Part shown: in pieces, positions 61,491 to 64,000 of the stretch
Layout: every line of letters begins with the position of its first letter
How positions within the stretch are numbered: position 1 is the stretch's first letter
From: Marsupella aquatica
Taxonomy: Eukaryota; Plantae; Marchantiophyta
Assembly (NCBI GenBank): GCA_973895155.1
Contig: OZ316892.1
Span: 19,479,869 to 19,543,868, forward strand
Reading direction: 5' to 3'
DNA: 64,000 bases
The notes under the pieces: model-generated
Database searches by the model: none
The model's input: only the letters and a program-made list of their open reading frames with translations
What the model was told of the DNA's origin: nothing
Position numbers and translations under genes: made by a program

Positions 61491-62282
61491 ATGGATGACC
61501 AAGCGAATACTAGCTGCCAGTCACTGGCAAAGTCCTTGTGCTCCACATCTCAACGGAAGGTAACAACTGAACCCAGCTGCAGCTCTGACATAGGCACACT
61601 ACTCCCTTCCGAATTGTCACAATGTCACTCCCACACAAACACACTATCACCCTCACAGTTGTTAAGTTCCAGCTCCGACATAGTCACACTATCAGATCAT
61701 CTTGCTGCGGAGAGGAAGGCTTGGGAACGAAAATTCGCAGAAGAAAGGAATCTTCGTGAAGCAAGGCCAAAGTCCCCGGGCTCTACGTCTCAACGGAAGG
61801 TGGTAACACCTGAAAGCAGCTGCAACTCTGACAAAAGCACACTATCACCTTCCGAATTGTCACAATGCAGCTCCGAATTAGGCACAGTATCACCTTCCGA
61901 ATGGTCACGAGAAGATTCTCATGCACGTTCATACTGTCGGTCGATTTGGATGCCCTGTTGGATGCGCGAAGACCAGTTGGACCCACAGTTGATGATCGAC
62001 GAGCTCAAGGAACACTTCGACGAGGAACTCTCCAAACAGCGCTCTGCATTGGAGGGGGAGAGGAAACTACGTGAAGATCAATTTGCTGCGGAGAGGATTG
62101 CACGGGAACGGGAATTCGCAGAACAAACGAAGGTTCGTGACGCAGAGCTCACAGCCGCAAAAAAGGCCATCGAGGCCGCCAGTTACAGATTGAATCTCGC
62201 TATACTCTCAATTGGCGCTGTCCTCACACTTTTCGTCGTATTACTTGTTCTTATATTCTCAGTTCTCGCCGAGATCTTTTAA
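61491..62282 (+). CDS. Hypothetical coiled-coil protein with internal repeats and a C-terminal transmembrane helix (263 aa)
   Basis: Intact single-exon ORF; duplicated STSQRKV..E.SC.SD..TL.PSELSQC and AAER.A.ER.FAE blocks; ends LAILSIGAVLTLFVVLLVLIFSVLAEIF*. Confidence 0.7.
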   Translation: MDDQANTSCQSLAKSLCSTSQRKVTTEPSCSSDIGTLLPSELSQCHSHTNTLSPSQLLSSSSDIVTLSDHLAAERKAWERKFAEERNLREARPKSPGSTSQRKVVTPESSCNSDKSTLSPSELSQCSSELGTVSPSEWSREDSHARSYCRSIWMPCWMREDQLDPQLMIDELKEHFDEELSKQRSALEGERKLREDQFAAERIAREREFAEQTKVRDAELTAAKKAIEAASYRLNLAILSIGAVLTLFVVLLVLIFSVLAEIF

Positions 62283-62404
62283 GTTGATACCCGGTTTATT
62301 ACTATGTTCGAAATTGTCGCTATAGTCACAGACTGGTTATAATCTAAGTGGCGAATGGCGCTTTACTTGAGAACACTAGTGAGTAGTTTCTGCAGTCATG
62401 ACCT

Positions 62405-62665
62405 GTGACATTTATGAGCTGTGACAAGTCGATGTACGAACCATTGTTGTCAAAGTTTGCATCCAGATCGCCAATCAGTTTGTCTGGAAAGTGACATTTA
62501 TGAGCTGTGACAAGTCGATGTATGAACCAAATATTGTCAAAGTTTGCATCCAGATCGCCAATCAGTTTTGTCAGGAAGGTGACATGTTCAGCTGAGTGTG
62601 ACAAGTCGATATATGAACCAAATATTGTCGAAGTTTGCATCCAGATCGCCAATGAGTTTTGCCTG
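62405..62665. repeat. ~87-bp tandem repeat x3
   Basis: GTGACAT...GTGACAAGTCGAT.TA.GAACCA...TTGTC.AAGTTTGCATCCAGATCGCCAAT at 62405, 62491, 62579. Confidence 0.92.
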
Positions 62666-63236
62666 GAAACATATGGGAAAACTTTAAGAGCTGCAATTTG
62701 CAACGGTAACCACCACCACACCAACTTGTCTTAACCAAGAAGTACCCAACATTCAAAATGACACATCGGTAAATCATAATATAATCACATTACAGCTTAA
62801 GATTACGCCAGTCAGTGATGGCTCGAAACTGAAATTGAAACAAGGTCTCTACACTTTATCAGCGCCTAGATCTCAAACCACTGTTCTACGTCCTATCAAC
62901 TGGTGCATGGATTCAGTGGTAAACTCAAATTAAGCTTGCACGTTTTACTTTAGCAAAATACGCTTAAGCTGACTATTTGCGACTTCTGCTATAGTGATCT
63001 AGTCTACTGAGGAACAAAAACTCGTATGCCTTCAAAATTAGAAACTGGGATTGGATGCTACAAAAGAGCCGGATAAACGAAATGTGGAAGGTAAGAAATT
63101 AATTAACATAATTAACTCTCGTCATCCAAAGACCAACTGCGTGGATACTATGCAAACAAAAGTGTTGGTGTCGTCCTCCTAATCCTCTTAAACAGGCTGT
63201 GGGGAGGAAGTAATTCTTTTGTGGTGAAGTACTTCA

Positions 63237-63974
63237 TCACCAGTATACTTCACCAGCAGACTTCTTGAGAAGGTACTCTTGACATTCCTCTGGACACGGC
63301 CGTTTTTTATCAAGCTCGTTCCAGCAAGAGAGGATATCCTCTCTGAGAGCAGCTTCAATTTCATCACGACTTTGCGTTTTTGTTTCTTCAGCCTTTGCTT
63401 GATTTGCCTTTTTGGTCAGCTTCCTTGTGCTCCTCTTCTGTCGTCTCTCTACACTATCTGTCAGAACACATCTCCAATCGTCTCCGACTCCAGTCTGCTT
63501 CCACTTCATGTAAGATGTCAGACGGGCCATCTTTTCAACTAATTGTTTTAATCGATTGGACCTGTTTCCTTTCTCCTTCACATCTTTCAAGTCGAGCTTC
63601 TCAAGATCGATCGCTTTCCTTTTACCCTTGGGTCGGCCCCTTGATCTACGGAGCGGCTCTGCTGCTTCAACAGTTGGATGGCTGACAGGACTGCCCGCAC
63701 TATCCTGACTAGCTTGGTTAGATGTGGCAAGGTGCCCAACCAAATCCCCGTGGGTAGAGTGGCGGAGACTCCCACCACTGTCATCTTCAGATTCACATTT
63801 GGCGTCGTTATATCGGATGGGAACACTTTGCAAGGGAGTTCCTATCAGCGCTGGAGGGCTCTCGGTTTTGGGCTTTCTTTCACGCTCGTTTTTAGAGTCT
63901 TTGAAGAGAGCAATTCTTCTATGCACACCCGTTTGCTTCTTGACAGGTGGACAATTCCCATAGTAAGCCTTCAA
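63237..63974 (-). CDS. Hypothetical basic protein fragment with an AT-hook-like motif; possibly TE-derived or pseudogenised
   Basis: 245-aa open frame with RRSRGRPKGKRK and a charged helical region; no ATG start seen, and the frame lies at the window edge. Confidence 0.4.
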   Translation of the reverse strand: MKAYYGNCPPVKKQTGVHRRIALFKDSKNERERKPKTESPPALIGTPLQSVPIRYNDAKCESEDDSGGSLRHSTHGDLVGHLATSNQASQDSAGSPVSHPTVEAAEPLRRSRGRPKGKRKAIDLEKLDLKDVKEKGNRSNRLKQLVEKMARLTSYMKWKQTGVGDDWRCVLTDSVERRQKRSTRKLTKKANQAKAEETKTQSRDEIEAALREDILSCWNELDKKRPCPEECQEYLLKKSAGEVYW

Positions 63975-64000
63975 CGATGAATATATGTCTCTGTCTTTTT

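Overview
Eukaryotic nuclear DNA from a land plant. The divergent RbcS and the intron style suggest a bryophyte or other non-seed plant, but that is inference. The window is a gene-sparse mosaic of duplications and transposons. (1) A 17.3-kb CACTA/En-Spm element (18468-35763) encodes TnpD- and TnpA-like proteins and carries an intact ORF made only of an EDM2-type triple-PHD histone-reader module, a candidate transposon-encoded chromatin or anti-silencing factor. (2) Two pseudogenised copies of a divergent H3.3-like histone both read K27M/S28N. They sit behind a ~1-kb inverted repeat whose other arm leads into an orphan ORF. (3) There is one intact, divergent, Cys/Met-poor rbcS and a young pseudogene copy 39 kb away. 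(4) Ubiquitin-system genes include a frameshifted F-box/kelch, a SKP1-like gene with a C-terminal hydrophobic tail, and a zinc-knuckle/RING-H2 gene. (5) Other features are a conserved plastid DnaJ-ferredoxin gene, a tRNA-derived SINE with TSD, Helitron-like 3' ends, several tandem arrays and orphan ORFs. Family assignments rest on motifs recalled from memory; no database search was run.
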